64,000 nucleotides of DNA from Minisyncoccota bacterium (GCA_022843285.1 JALHNY010000003.1:25533-89532); one strand, 5' to 3'. Counted from the stretch's first letter, positions 9,039 through 18,818 are shown. Program-made: numbers and translations. The notes: generated by a model from the sequence alone, not told the origin.

Positions 9039-9695
9039 CTACCGGGGCTTGATGAAGTTGCTCGTCATGAGCGTCTCCCAGGGCCGGCGGGCGCGCTTCA
9101 GGCCTCCCGGGAGGGTGAACGTGGGGGCGAAGAGGATGCCAATGGCCGCCACGAGGGAAAGGGTGCCCGCCGCCACGAAGACCGCATCGAACCCGTACGT
9201 TGCGGCCAGGACGCCCCCGGAGAGTCCCGCGGCGCCCGTCGCGATGCCCCCGATGGAGCGATCCAGTGCCCACTCGAGGGCCGTGTGCTCCGGGTCCACG
9301 TGGCGCGAGAAGATGCTGCTCCAGGCCGGAATGTAGAACGCGAACGAGACCGCGTGCACGAACTCGATGAGGTACACGTGGGTGACGGTCGTGGCGAGCG
9401 GCATCAGGAAGGCTGCGGCTGCGGCAATCATGAGGCCCATCAGGAGGGCGTGGAACTCGTCCTGCTCGCCCGGCGTGCGATCCAGGTACGACGCAATGGG
9501 AACCTGGAGGATGGAGCGCGTGAACCAGAAGATCGCCACCGCGATGCCGACGGCTGCGAGCGAGCCGCCCGCAACCTGCTCGGTGACGAAGACGCCCATG
9601 ATGGGGTTAATGAGGCCCCACCCGGCGAGGAGCGCGAGGTCCGCGAAGATGAGCGCGGAAATGATGCGTCCAATTTTAATCTTGCTGATCGTCAT
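9039..9695 (-). CDS. Half-size (about 6 TM) MFS-like transporter
   Basis: About six hydrophobic helices with MFS-like QVPIASYLDR and PAWSSIFSRHVD segments. Confidence 0.7.
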   Translation of the reverse strand: MTISKIKIGRIISALIFADLALLAGWGLINPIMGVFVTEQVAGGSLAAVGIAVAIFWFTRSILQVPIASYLDRTPGEQDEFHALLMGLMIAAAAAFLMPLATTVTHVYLIEFVHAVSFAFYIPAWSSIFSRHVDPEHTALEWALDRSIGGIATGAAGLSGGVLAATYGFDAVFVAAGTLSLVAAIGILFAPTFTLPGGLKRARRPWETLMTSNFIKPR

Positions 9696-9701
9696 GTGCC
9701 T

Positions 9702-12146
9702 CTAGTGTACCAGGGAAAAAGCTCCGTCCTGGAACGTGAGCGCCACGCTCTTGCCGCGCTCGAGGCTGCCCGCAATGAGGAGCGGCGCGAGCACGCCGTC
9801 CAGAGCAGACTCGGCAGCGCGGCGCAGGGGCCGCGCGCCGTACTGCGGGTCGTACCCCCTCCTCACGATTTCGGCGAGGGCCACGTCATCGGCCGTGACG
9901 GTGATGCCGTACTTCTCCATGACCAGGTCGCCAATCTGGCGGAGCGTCTCTCGTGCAATGCTCTTCATGTGGTCCGGCGAGAGGTCGCGGAAGATGACCA
10001 CGCGCGTGAAGCGGTTGAGGAGCTCCGGCGAGAACACGTCCGCGAGCTTCTCGCGCACGTACCCCTCGAGGGAGGCGACGCTCTCGCCCCGGCGAAGCGC
10101 CTCGCGGAGGATGTCCGCCCGGGCGTTGCTCGTCGCGACCACCAGCGCGTCAGAGAAAGAGACCGTGCGCCCCATGCCGTCCGTGAGGCGCCCGTCCGAG
10201 GTCACCTGCAAGAGGAGCTTGAGCGCTTCGGGGCTCGCCTTCTCCACCTCATCCAGGAGCACCAGGCGGTGCGGCGAGACGCGCAGGGGTTCCGTGAGCG
10301 CTCCGGGATCCGTCGTGGTGCCAATCAGCCGCGCCACGCTGCCGCTCTCCGAGAACTCGCTCATGTCCAGGCGGGTGAACGCGTCCTTGCCGTACACCAC
10401 GTCCGCGAGCACCTTCGCGAGCTCGGTCTTGCCGACGCCCGTGGGACCCACGAACAGGAAGCTCGGCGGGGCGCTGCCGGGCGTGAGCCCCGCGCGGTAC
10501 GCCCGCACGGATTCCGCCACGGCGGACACCGCCTCATCCTGGCCGAAGACCCGCGCGCGCAGGCTGTCCTCCAGCTGCATGAGGACGCTCGCCTCCTCCG
10601 GTGCCGCAGCGCCCACCGGCACGTGCACCTGCTTGCCGATGACCCGCTCCACGTCAGAAGCAGCCACGCGGCTCTGCCCGGACGCGCGCACGGCCTGCGC
10701 CGTCTCGGCGAGGAGGTCCAGCGCGCTGCCGGGAACCGCGCGTGCGGGCGCGAGGTACTTCGCCGCGAGCGTCGCTGCGGCGCGCAGCGCGGACACGGAG
10801 ATGCTGACGCGCTCTACCCGCTCCACGTCACGGGCAGATCCCGCGAGGACGCGCACGACCTCGTCGGTGGTGAGCTCGCCGAGACGCACCACCTGGAACG
10901 TGCCCGCGACGTCGCCGCGGGTCTCGAGGATCCGCGCGTACGCTTCGGGGGTCGTGGCCGCCAGGACGGGGAACGTGTCCGCGGTCAGAATCGGGAGCAA
11001 GACGTCCGCGGCGGCAACGTACGCGCCGCTCGCCTGCGCGAGGTGGTGGAAGTCGGGCATGTAGAGAATGACGTTCCCCGCGATCACGATCTCGTCAGCC
11101 ACGCGCTTGATGAGCGCGGCGGGATCTGAGCCACCCGCGGCGAGAATCGCCGCGACGTCCACGCGGACCAGGCGGCGGTCCAGGAGCGGGGCCGGTGCGG
11201 TGCCCGCGACGATCTGCCTGGCCACCTCCCCGGCGACCGTCTCCTTGCCGCCGTTGGTCGGCGCGACCAGGAGCGCGTGCGGGTGCGTGGGCTTGGCGAG
11301 CGCCGCGAGCGCGGTGGCGAGCGCCTCCTGGTGCCCGACCAGGAGCGGGAGGGCACCGACGCGGGCTAGGTCGGTCAGGTCGCTGGACACCGAGTCCAGC
11401 GCCGGCGTCGGGCGGCTCGTCCAAGCGCGGTTCATGATGTGGTGCGGCACCACGCGCGGAACCGCCCTCACCTTGCGCGCCTCGAGGGCCGTGGCGCGGG
11501 CAGCGTAGGCGAGCTCTTCTGGCTCGAGCCTGGCCCGCGTCGCAGCGCGCGCAACGTTCTCGTCACCGGAGGCGATGAGTCCGAGGAGCAGCGCGAGCGG
11601 GGTCACGCCAACCTGGTCCAGGAGAACGGCGGCATCCGCGGCGCCTGCCACCACCGCGGCGAGCTGAGCCTGGAGGTCAACCTCGGAGGCGTCCGCGAAC
11701 TGCTCGGCTGTGGCGAGCGCGTCCACGTCAGCCTCCGTGCGGGAGAGCGCACGGGAAACCGTCTGGTCGCGGAGCAGCTGCGCCAGGAGCGCGACGGTGA
11801 ACGGCTGTCGCGTGATTCGCGCGGCATCGTAGCCTCGCTCGAGAACGCGGTACGCGGCGGGCGTCAGGGCGGGCGCCAGGTTCGGGCTGGCGGCAGCTGC
11901 CAGGGTTGCGAGCGTGCGGTCCGGGTACCCCCGGTACCAGATGCGCTCCGCAAAGAAGAGCAGCGCGAAGATGCCGAGGCCGCGGAGCGTCGGCACGTCG
12001 CTCATGACCCCGATAAGGGATCCGGCCGCGAGGAGGGCGAGCGTCGCTCCCCGCACGGTGCGCACCAGGAGGCGACCCGGCAGCGAGAGCGTCAGGCGCG
12101 GCTCCTCGTACGTGGCGCCCCTAGAGAGAAAGGACTCCTGCTGCAT
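9702..12146 (-). CDS. ClpA/ClpB-family AAA+ ATPase with N-terminal TM helices
   Basis: D2 motifs GPTGVGKT, RLDMSEF, LLDEVEKA, GRLTD, PELLNR, YGARPLRR; D1 is degenerate. Confidence 0.85.
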   Translation of the reverse strand: MQQESFLSRGATYEEPRLTLSLPGRLLVRTVRGATLALLAAGSLIGVMSDVPTLRGLGIFALLFFAERIWYRGYPDRTLATLAAAASPNLAPALTPAAYRVLERGYDAARITRQPFTVALLAQLLRDQTVSRALSRTEADVDALATAEQFADASEVDLQAQLAAVVAGAADAAVLLDQVGVTPLALLLGLIASGDENVARAATRARLEPEELAYAARATALEARKVRAVPRVVPHHIMNRAWTSRPTPALDSVSSDLTDLARVGALPLLVGHQEALATALAALAKPTHPHALLVAPTNGGKETVAGEVARQIVAGTAPAPLLDRRLVRVDVAAILAAGGSDPAALIKRVADEIVIAGNVILYMPDFHHLAQASGAYVAAADVLLPILTADTFPVLAATTPEAYARILETRGDVAGTFQVVRLGELTTDEVVRVLAGSARDVERVERVSISVSALRAAATLAAKYLAPARAVPGSALDLLAETAQAVRASGQSRVAASDVERVIGKQVHVPVGAAAPEEASVLMQLEDSLRARVFGQDEAVSAVAESVRAYRAGLTPGSAPPSFLFVGPTGVGKTELAKVLADVVYGKDAFTRLDMSEFSESGSVARLIGTTTDPGALTEPLRVSPHRLVLLDEVEKASPEALKLLLQVTSDGRLTDGMGRTVSFSDALVVATSNARADILREALRRGESVASLEGYVREKLADVFSPELLNRFTRVVIFRDLSPDHMKSIARETLRQIGDLVMEKYGITVTADDVALAEIVRRGYDPQYGARPLRRAAESALDGVLAPLLIAGSLERGKSVALTFQDGAFSLVH

Positions 12147-12480
12147 AGAGCAAAACGGCGGGAATGAGGAGCGACCAAGCCGCGAAGGCCGCGGCGAAGC
12201 CTACCGCGAGCACGAGGTGGAGCGCCGCGCCGCCGAGCAGTCGCCCGAGGCGGAAGATGGGCCCGATGATGCGCCCGACCACCGAGTAGTCCCCGTACAG
12301 GGGGCGAAACAGGAGCTGCAGCATCGCCCTGCTGGCAACGGCATCCTCGAGGCGCCGCGAGTGCGTGCGGTACGTGCGGAGGAACGCCCTGCTCCCATCT
12401 GCGTACCAGTGCCGGAAGAAGCCAATGGTGCGGGCAATGGCGAGCTGCACGAGGTACGAGAGCGCGAACGTGCCCTGCAT
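12121..12480 (-). CDS. Small membrane protein overlapping the Clp ATPase start
   Basis: FFRHWY...LFRPLYGDYSVVGRIIGPIFRL plus hydrophobic C-terminus; TATACT 6 nt before the ATG. Confidence 0.7.
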   Translation of the reverse strand: MQGTFALSYLVQLAIARTIGFFRHWYADGSRAFLRTYRTHSRRLEDAVASRAMLQLLFRPLYGDYSVVGRIIGPIFRLGRLLGGAALHLVLAVGFAAAFAAWSLLIPAVLLYAAGVLSL

Positions 12481-12492
12481 GGGCTCAGTATA

Positions 12493-13068
12493 TCAGGCGC
12501 CAGCCTCCTTTTTTCTCGTCTCGCACGCGGCGAGCACCGCGGGCAGGCGATCGAAGGTCAGCTCAAACTCTTTCATCACCGAGGGGTTCCGGAGCGCCGC
12601 AGCCGGGTGGAACATCGGCATCACGAACCGCCCGCCGATTTGGAACACCTTGCCCTGGTCACGGCTAATTTTCGCCTCGGGCAGGAAGTGGCTCATGGAG
12701 AAGCGCCCGAGCGGGACAATAACAGCTGGGCTCAAAACACCGAGCTGCTCCACCAGGTACGGCTGGTACGCCGCAATCTCTTCGGGGAGCGGGTCACGGT
12801 TCTCCGGCGGACGGCGCTTCACAATGTTGGTGATGTACACGTCTTCTCGCCTCCAACCGATGCGCTCCAGGTTCTTGTTGAGGAGCTGCCCGCCACGCCC
12901 AACGAACGGCCGCACCAGCTCGTCCTCTCTGGCGCCAGGCGCCTCGCCGATGAAGACGACCCGCGCGTCGGGGTCTCCCTCCCCAAAGACCAGGTTCGTG
13001 GAGAGCGGCAGCGAAGTATCTCGGGCCATGCGCTCGCGAATTGCATCCAGCTGCTGCTCCCTCGTCAT
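12493..13068 (-). CDS. Uracil-DNA glycosylase, family 4
   Basis: GEAPGARED...PFVGRGG...NIVKRRPPENRDP...HPAAALR. Confidence 0.92.
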   Translation of the reverse strand: MTREQQLDAIRERMARDTSLPLSTNLVFGEGDPDARVVFIGEAPGAREDELVRPFVGRGGQLLNKNLERIGWRREDVYITNIVKRRPPENRDPLPEEIAAYQPYLVEQLGVLSPAVIVPLGRFSMSHFLPEAKISRDQGKVFQIGGRFVMPMFHPAAALRNPSVMKEFELTFDRLPAVLAACETRKKEAGA

Positions 13069-13130
13069 GCGTAGATTGTACAGAAACTAAAGCGGACCGA
13101 CTGGGAAAATCGGTCCGCTCTGGCGAGGGG

Positions 13131-13631
13131 TTAGCACGCCGAGACTTGGATCACCTCCTTGGTGGCAGGAGCCAGGGTCCCGGCGAAGGCGTTGCCGAGG
13201 AGGGCGCGCATATCGGCGAGCTGGTCATCACGAACGGGTGTTCGCGAGAAGATCGCCTTGCGCTCCAGGCGATGGCGCACGCGGTTCAGCTTGCGGAGAA
13301 CGGCGTTGCGGTCGCGCGGCGTGCAGTGGTCCCACTCCTCGACCATCGTGTAGAGGTCATTCTCGGAGAGCCCCAGGAGCGTGGCGAGCGTCACGCACGC
13401 CTCCCCCAAGTTCTCCTCATTCGAGAACCACCTCATGAAAGCTGACGGGTGCGTTCCCGTAATCGCCGCAGCAGCGACAATCGCGAGGCATCCCCTGTTA
13501 TCGGGCGTGCACCACTCCTTTTGGAGGAGGGAGCTACCCGCAGCTTGGATTGCGGAGATAGCAGCCAGGTGCTGGTTCGCTGGCAACCTCATGCCGGCTA
13601 GCAGTTTGGCAATCTTTTTGACTCGTGACAT
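13131..13631 (-). CDS. Hypothetical protein directly downstream of tRNA-Arg
   Basis: GGAGGTGA SD, AT-rich leader and downstream hairpin (13092-13119). Confidence 0.6.
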   Translation of the reverse strand: MSRVKKIAKLLAGMRLPANQHLAAISAIQAAGSSLLQKEWCTPDNRGCLAIVAAAAITGTHPSAFMRWFSNEENLGEACVTLATLLGLSENDLYTMVEEWDHCTPRDRNAVLRKLNRVRHRLERKAIFSRTPVRDDQLADMRALLGNAFAGTLAPATKEVIQVSAC

Positions 13632-13692
13632 ACGTCACCTCCAGATTGTAAAAATTTTGAAAACAGCCTTTCAGCTGGTCCCAGTATAGCAG

Positions 13693-13764
13693 TGCCCCCG
13701 GATGGACTCGAACCATCGTTACGGGTTTCGGAAACCCGCGTCCTATCCTCTGAACGACAGGGGC
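13693..13764 (-). tRNA. tRNA-Arg(CCG)
   Basis: GCCCCTG...CGGGT-TTCCGAA-ACCCG...GGTTCGAGTCC...CGGGGGC-A cloverleaf. Confidence 0.93.
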
Positions 13765-13777
13765 ATACGCCGAGAGC

Positions 13778-14893
13778 CTAATCCAGCCCCAGGGCAGGCG
13801 CAACGAACCGCGCCACGTGGAAAATGGCAGCCAGGGTGAAGAGCGCGGACAGCAGGTTCACCGCCAGCTGCTCTCGGCCCCGGAGGCGGAGAGCCTTGCG
13901 CGCCACCTGCAGGATGGCCACGTACTGCGTGGCGAGAAACACGCCGCCCACGAGCTCCACGCTCTGCAGGAAGCTGTTGAAGCCGGCGAGCACCAGGAGG
14001 TACGGCAGGAAGAGTGCCACGGAGAACGCCATGCTGCGCGGCCAGCCGAGGCCCCTGCGGAAGGCGCTCTTGATCTCGAGATTCATGGGCAGGTACGAGG
14101 TCACGATGGCTGCCAGGCCAAAAACCATGAGCGCGCCGACTTGCCACCCGGGGAGGTGGAGCACCCCCGAGATGGTGTCCGGGGTGACCGGATTGCTCGC
14201 CGAGCCGAGGGTCAGCGCGAAGGCCAGGTACGCGATTGCCACGGAGACGGTGCCGATGCCGATTGCCTGCCGGCGGTACCCGCGCTTCGCCCCGACCGCC
14301 GCAATGGCCGGCTCGATCGCCGTCCAGCCGGCCAGCGCGAAGAGAATCGGGCCGAACGGGAGCAGCACGTTGTCCCAGTTCACCGCAACGAACGAGGTGA
14401 ATGAATCGGAGACCGGCACGGTGAGCACGAAGAGCAGAATCATGGCGAGCATCACGGCGGTCACGAGGAGCTCAACCTGCATCAGCCTCCTGAAGCGGAA
14501 CAGGAGCGGCGCGGAGCACAGCGCCCAGAAGATGAGCATCGCCGAGTGGTCCGTGAGGTCCGTGATGCTGCTGAGGAACGTGGCGCCGAGCACCAGGTAC
14601 GCGGACAGCGTGAAGATGATGCCTAGGATGGTCGCGACGAACGTCACCTTGGCCGCGCCGTACCCCAAGTGCTCGCGCGCGAGCTCGAGCAGGTGCGTGC
14701 CGGTAGGTCGCTCGCGGAGCACGCGCCAGTACAGGATGTGCGCGTAGATGACCGCGGCCGAGAGGCCCGCCAGGAAGATGACGAACGGGAAGAGGCCGGA
14801 AGCCTTGGCGAGGTACGGGAGCGCGAAGATGCCCGCGCCGAGCGTGGTCCCGGCGAGGGTCCCCGCGGCTACGAGTCCGGGGTTACGAAGCAT
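13778..14893 (-). CDS. Amino acid permease (aromatic/APC-like)
   Basis: GTTLGAGIFALPY TM1 motif, about 11 TMs; start MLRNPG overlaps the upstream stop. Confidence 0.8.
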   Translation of the reverse strand: MLRNPGLVAAGTLAGTTLGAGIFALPYLAKASGLFPFVIFLAGLSAAVIYAHILYWRVLRERPTGTHLLELAREHLGYGAAKVTFVATILGIIFTLSAYLVLGATFLSSITDLTDHSAMLIFWALCSAPLLFRFRRLMQVELLVTAVMLAMILLFVLTVPVSDSFTSFVAVNWDNVLLPFGPILFALAGWTAIEPAIAAVGAKRGYRRQAIGIGTVSVAIAYLAFALTLGSASNPVTPDTISGVLHLPGWQVGALMVFGLAAIVTSYLPMNLEIKSAFRRGLGWPRSMAFSVALFLPYLLVLAGFNSFLQSVELVGGVFLATQYVAILQVARKALRLRGREQLAVNLLSALFTLAAIFHVARFVAPALGLD

Positions 14894-15518
14894 CGGACGA
14901 GGCATCCAGCCTGCCCTCTGCCACCGCATCCAGGCGGGCCCGCTCTGCATCGATAGCGGCGACCAGTGAGGCAACGAGGGCGAGCGGGTCTCGCTCGAAC
15001 ACCACCGTGCGGTTCCCGCGGTGGCTCGCCGAGAGAATGTCCGGGAGCATGTCCGCAACGCCGCCGCTGCCGAGCAGCACGCCCTGCGGGAGCCCGTCCT
15101 CGAACGAGGTGGTGAACTCGTGGAGCGTGCCCGTGCGCCCGCAGATGGTGATCACCGCATCAGCCGCGCGCGAGACGAGCAGGTCACGGCCGGCGTAATC
15201 GAAGCCGGTGTAGATGATGAGGTCGTGGTAGTCCGTCGGCAGGCGGTACGTCTTCACGTGGTGGGCGCGGCTCGCTGCCGGAGAGAGGCCGAGCACGAAA
15301 CCGCCCGCCTCCTTGGCGGCGCGCGCGGCCCAGTACGGGACGCCGCTCGTCGCGCCGGTCACGAGGATCATCCCGCGCCGGGCAATCTCCTGGGCAATCT
15401 TGACCGTGTCATCGAAAGCCGTGACGGAGCAGTGCCCGGTCTCTGCGGCTCCAGAAATCGCAATGGCGTAGGGCTGCTTGCCGCTCTGGAAGTTGGGGAG
15501 GTCTTTGAAGTCAATCAT
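14883..15518 (-). CDS. LOG/SLOG family protein (TIGR00725-like)
   Basis: LVTGATSGVP...AAKEAGG..LGLSP...GRD...GRTGTLHEF. Confidence 0.8.
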   Translation of the reverse strand: MIDFKDLPNFQSGKQPYAIAISGAAETGHCSVTAFDDTVKIAQEIARRGMILVTGATSGVPYWAARAAKEAGGFVLGLSPAASRAHHVKTYRLPTDYHDLIIYTGFDYAGRDLLVSRAADAVITICGRTGTLHEFTTSFEDGLPQGVLLGSGGVADMLPDILSASHRGNRTVVFERDPLALVASLVAAIDAERARLDAVAEGRLDASSDAS

Positions 15519-15530
15519 GTGGTGCTTGGA

Positions 15531-16877
15531 TTATAGCGTGACGGTGTCCCCCATTTCTGGGACCACCGCGCTGAGGCCCAGCTCGGTCCGGATGGACTCG
15601 GCGAGCGCTCCCGCGCGGTCCAGCTCTCCGTGCGTCACGAACACGTGCTTGACGGTGTCCTTGGTGGCAGCAATCCACTCCAGGAGCTTGGGCTGATCGG
15701 CGTGCGCAGAGTAGGAGGTGATGTTGCGCACCTGCGCGTTCACCGGAATGAGGTCGCCGAAGATGTCCACCTCGCGCGCGCCCTCGAGGATGCGCCGGCC
15801 GAGGCTGCCGACGGCCTGGTACCCGATGAAGAGAATCGTGCTTGCCGGATCTGCGAGGTAGCGGTGCTCGTGGTGCAGGATGCGGCCGCCGTGGCTCATG
15901 CCGCTGCCCGCGATGATAATCTTCGGAGCTGCGACCTCGTTGATCGCCTTGGAGAGTTCCGACGTCAGCGTGAGGTGGAGGCCGGGGAAGTTGAAGATGT
16001 CATCACCCTCCTGGATGCTCCGCTCCGCCTCCTCGTTGTAGTACCGGCGGTACTTGTGGTAAATCGCCGTGAGCTTGATCGCGAGCGGGCTGTCCAGGAA
16101 GACCGGCACGCGGGGGATGCGCCCCTCCGCGAATAGCTCGTTGAGGTGGTAGAGCAGGTCCTGCGTGCGCTCCAGTGCGAACGCAGGAATCATGAGCACG
16201 CCGCCGCGGCTCACCGTCTCGCGAATCACCTCCTCGAGGTACTCCCGCCGCTTCTCCTGTGGGTCGTGGTTCTCGTTGCCGTACGTGGACTCCATGACGA
16301 CGTAGTCCGCCTTAGCCGGGAACACCGTGGGACGAATGATGGGCGCCGGGTAGTTGCCAATGTCGCCGGAGAAGACCACCGTCTTGCCCTCCGCGCGAAT
16401 GGCGATGCTCGAGGAGCCGAGGATGTGCCCCGCATCAAAGAAGCGCGCGAAGATCTCGCCGTGCTGGAGGTCCGTGTCGTACTCGACGCTGTGCCAGAGG
16501 CGCATGACGGACTCCACGGTGCCGATGGTGCAGAACTGGGCCTGCCCGCGCCGCTCTGCTTCCTGGCAGAGGAGCTTCTCCGAGTCGAGGAGAATCAGCT
16601 CCGCGCAGTCGCGGGTGGCTGGCGTCGAGTAGATCTTGCCGCGGAAGCCCTCGCGGTACAGCTTCGGCAGGCGGCCGACGTGGTCCAGGTGCGCGTGCGT
16701 GATGAACACCGCCTCAATCTCCTTCGGCTCGTACGGAAACGCCTTGAAGTTTTCATCTCCCGCGAAGGAGCTGCCCTGGAACAGTCCGCAGTCTACGAGC
16801 ACCTTGTGCCGTCCTGTCGTGAGCAGGTAGTTGGACCCGGTGACCTGCCCGGTTCCTCCGCAGAACGTAAGGTTCAT
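15531..16877 (-). CDS. MBL-fold beta-CASP ribonuclease
   Basis: VTGSNY, DCGLFQG, THAHLDHVG, AGHILGS, MESTYG, GSGMSHGG, YSAHAD, HGE. Confidence 0.92.
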   Translation of the reverse strand: MNLTFCGGTGQVTGSNYLLTTGRHKVLVDCGLFQGSSFAGDENFKAFPYEPKEIEAVFITHAHLDHVGRLPKLYREGFRGKIYSTPATRDCAELILLDSEKLLCQEAERRGQAQFCTIGTVESVMRLWHSVEYDTDLQHGEIFARFFDAGHILGSSSIAIRAEGKTVVFSGDIGNYPAPIIRPTVFPAKADYVVMESTYGNENHDPQEKRREYLEEVIRETVSRGGVLMIPAFALERTQDLLYHLNELFAEGRIPRVPVFLDSPLAIKLTAIYHKYRRYYNEEAERSIQEGDDIFNFPGLHLTLTSELSKAINEVAAPKIIIAGSGMSHGGRILHHEHRYLADPASTILFIGYQAVGSLGRRILEGAREVDIFGDLIPVNAQVRNITSYSAHADQPKLLEWIAATKDTVKHVFVTHGELDRAGALAESIRTELGLSAVVPEMGDTVTL

Positions 16878-17041
16878 GCTGAGATTGTACAGGAAAGGCG
16901 TAGCGGTTTCTCGCGCGTTCCATCGCGCGGCGCGATGCGCTCCACGCCGTGCTAGTGACAAATGTCGCATTTCATGCTATAATTGCACCAGCAAGCCTAC
17001 GGGGCTACATCTTTATCAATAATCAATAAAGGAGGTTGCCA

Positions 17042-17524
17042 ATGCAGCAACTCGTCATGGACAAGGTAGAAACCGGATCGCAGTTCGGAGTGGTGAGCGA
17101 CGACGTCCGCAAGACGGTCGAGTTCACAACGAAGGATACGTTCCTCGTCTGGGAGGAGAACGCGCAGCGTGCCTGCTACTTCGAGATCGTTCGCGATCCG
17201 ATGGGCAGAGCAGTCCTCGCGGGACACCGCGGTGACGTGAGCGTTGCAACGCATAGCTCCATTAACGTGGGGGACCGTTGCAAGACGCGCGAGAGCTACA
17301 CGGGACAGTCACCCCACAGCAAGGTGGCGGCGCTCGTCGTCAACGCGCTGCGAGAGAGACTTATTCCCCGGGTAGAGCTACCGGCTCTTCCTGAAAATCC
17401 AGCTCCTTCCGAACGTCACTCCATCAAGTCACCGCCCACCGGCGGCTGGCAGTGCCCGCACTGCGGCGCACAGAACCCCGGCGATCCGTGCTTCAACTGC
17501 GACAGGAGAGCAGATGAAGAGTGA
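17042..17524 (+). CDS. Hypothetical protein with C-terminal zinc ribbon
   Basis: WQCPHCGAQNPGDPCFNC; AAAGGAGGT SD and TATAAT promoter upstream. Confidence 0.65.
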   Translation: MQQLVMDKVETGSQFGVVSDDVRKTVEFTTKDTFLVWEENAQRACYFEIVRDPMGRAVLAGHRGDVSVATHSSINVGDRCKTRESYTGQSPHSKVAALVVNALRERLIPRVELPALPENPAPSERHSIKSPPTGGWQCPHCGAQNPGDPCFNCDRRADEE

Positions 17525-17568
17525 TCTCCGCAACAAAGTACGAAGCCCCTCTGGGGCTTCAAGCTTTT

Positions 17569-18144
17569 TTATACCTTCCGCAGGAAGCGCAGTGCGGCTT
17601 TGAGCCTCTCCTCAACTCCGGACACCTCGTCTCCCACGAGCTTCAGGGCGGCGGCGACCTCGTCTCGCTTGTACCCCAGGGAGCGGAGCGCCTCCATGAT
17701 GTCCGCATCGGCTCCAATCTGGTCCGCCGAGGCGAGCCCCGTGTACTCCGCGACCTTTCCCTTGAGTTCCAGGACGATGCGCTCCGCGATCTTCTTGCCG
17801 ACACCCGGCACCTGGACCACCACGTCCGCCTTCCCCTCCTCGATGGCTGCCGCCAGGGCGGAGATGGGAACGGCGTCCACGACGGCGAGGGCCAGCTTGG
17901 ACCCGATGCCCGTCACCGAGGTCAGGAGGAGGAAGAAGTCTTTGGTTTTCTGGTCCGGAAACCCGTACAGATCCATGACCCCCTCGGCGAGGTGCAGGTG
18001 CGTGAAAATCGCCACTTCCTGGGAAATATCCAGGGAATCCGCGAACTTTCTGGGCACGGAGACCAGGTACCCAACCCCAGAAACGTCCAAAACCACCCTT
18101 CCCTCGGAGACGTCGGAAACGGTGCCAGATAGCCGGGCAATCAC
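17569..18144 (-). CDS. ruvA: Holliday junction branch migration protein RuvA
   Basis: IARLSG...DVSGVGY...LYGF...VTGIGSK...VPGVGKKIAERIVLELK. Confidence 0.95.
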   Translation of the reverse strand: MIARLSGTVSDVSEGRVVLDVSGVGYLVSVPRKFADSLDISQEVAIFTHLHLAEGVMDLYGFPDQKTKDFFLLLTSVTGIGSKLALAVVDAVPISALAAAIEEGKADVVVQVPGVGKKIAERIVLELKGKVAEYTGLASADQIGADADIMEALRSLGYKRDEVAAALKLVGDEVSGVEERLKAALRFLRKV

Positions 18145-18199
18145 GCCCAAAAGGTACCATTACCTTGCATTTTTCCCCAATCCCCTTACGATGGCTCCC

Positions 18200-18466
18200 A
18201 TGCCAAACACGTCATCTGCCCGCAAGGCAATGCGCCAGGCGGCCACCAACAAGGCCCGCAACGTCATCCGCAAGGAGGCGTACAAGAAGGCGGTCAAGGA
18301 TGCCCGCAAGACCATCTCCAAGGATGCCTCTGCGGCTGCCGATCCGATGAAGACCGCCTTCAAGGCGCTGGATAAAGCAGCCAAGAGGGGCGTCATCAAA
18401 CCCAACAAGGCTAGCCGCCTCAAGAGTCGCGCCGCAAAGGCTCTTGCCAAGGCGACCGCGAAGTAA
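18200..18466 (+). CDS. rpsT: 30S ribosomal protein S20
   Basis: MPNTSSARKAMRQ...LDKAAKRGVIKPNKASRLKSR. Confidence 0.95.
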   Translation: MPNTSSARKAMRQAATNKARNVIRKEAYKKAVKDARKTISKDASAAADPMKTAFKALDKAAKRGVIKPNKASRLKSRAAKALAKATAK

Positions 18467-18497
18467 GAAAGAGAGCTCCCGGTGGGAGCTCTCTTTC
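18467..18497. terminator. Bidirectional intrinsic terminator
   Basis: GAAAGAGAGCTCCC-ggt-GGGAGCTCTCTTTC. Confidence 0.8.
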
Positions 18498-18499
18498 CA

Positions 18500-18817
18500 T
18501 CAGTACTCGAACAGCACCTTCCGGAAGTTTTTTACTTTTCCGGACACAGCATCTACCTCGATGCCCTCCTGCGCGTAGAGCTCCATGCGCTCCGCGCGGT
18601 GTGACGCGTCTGCCCACACGCGCCCGTCCGCGTACACGATGCGGTGGAAGGGAATGCCGCGCTCGCCGGCATCGTGCGCCTTGCCGAGAATCGCCGTGAC
18701 GCTCTGCGATGCCATTGCGCCGCCACCTGCGGCTCGTGCGATGCGGCCGTACGTGGTCACGCGACCCGGCGGCACCATGAGTGCCTTCTTCACGACCTGC
18801 TCGCTGAACCTGCCCAC
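18500..18817 (-). CDS. Alkyltransferase-like (ATL) protein, MGMT fold without the catalytic Cys
   Basis: VPPGRVTTYGRIA...IPFHRIV (Phe replaces Cys). Confidence 0.75.
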   Translation of the reverse strand: MGRFSEQVVKKALMVPPGRVTTYGRIARAAGGGAMASQSVTAILGKAHDAGERGIPFHRIVYADGRVWADASHRAERMELYAQEGIEVDAVSGKVKNFRKVLFEY

Positions 18818-18818
18818 C

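Noticed and set aside
9285-11129. Long + strand ORF of 614 aa (also 33414-35114, 58991-60382, 11914-13074 and similar)
   Set aside because: Antisense shadows of real genes, caused by high-GC codon bias; no protein motifs.
13778-15058. ORF-track N-terminal extensions (permease 15058, beta-CASP 16970, ruvB 20686, rpsT 17600, clpP 49106, polA 61402, VirB6-like 41367, IscS 56278)
   Set aside because: They overlap neighbouring genes or precede the conserved N-terminus; downstream starts fit homology and the -10 spacing better.
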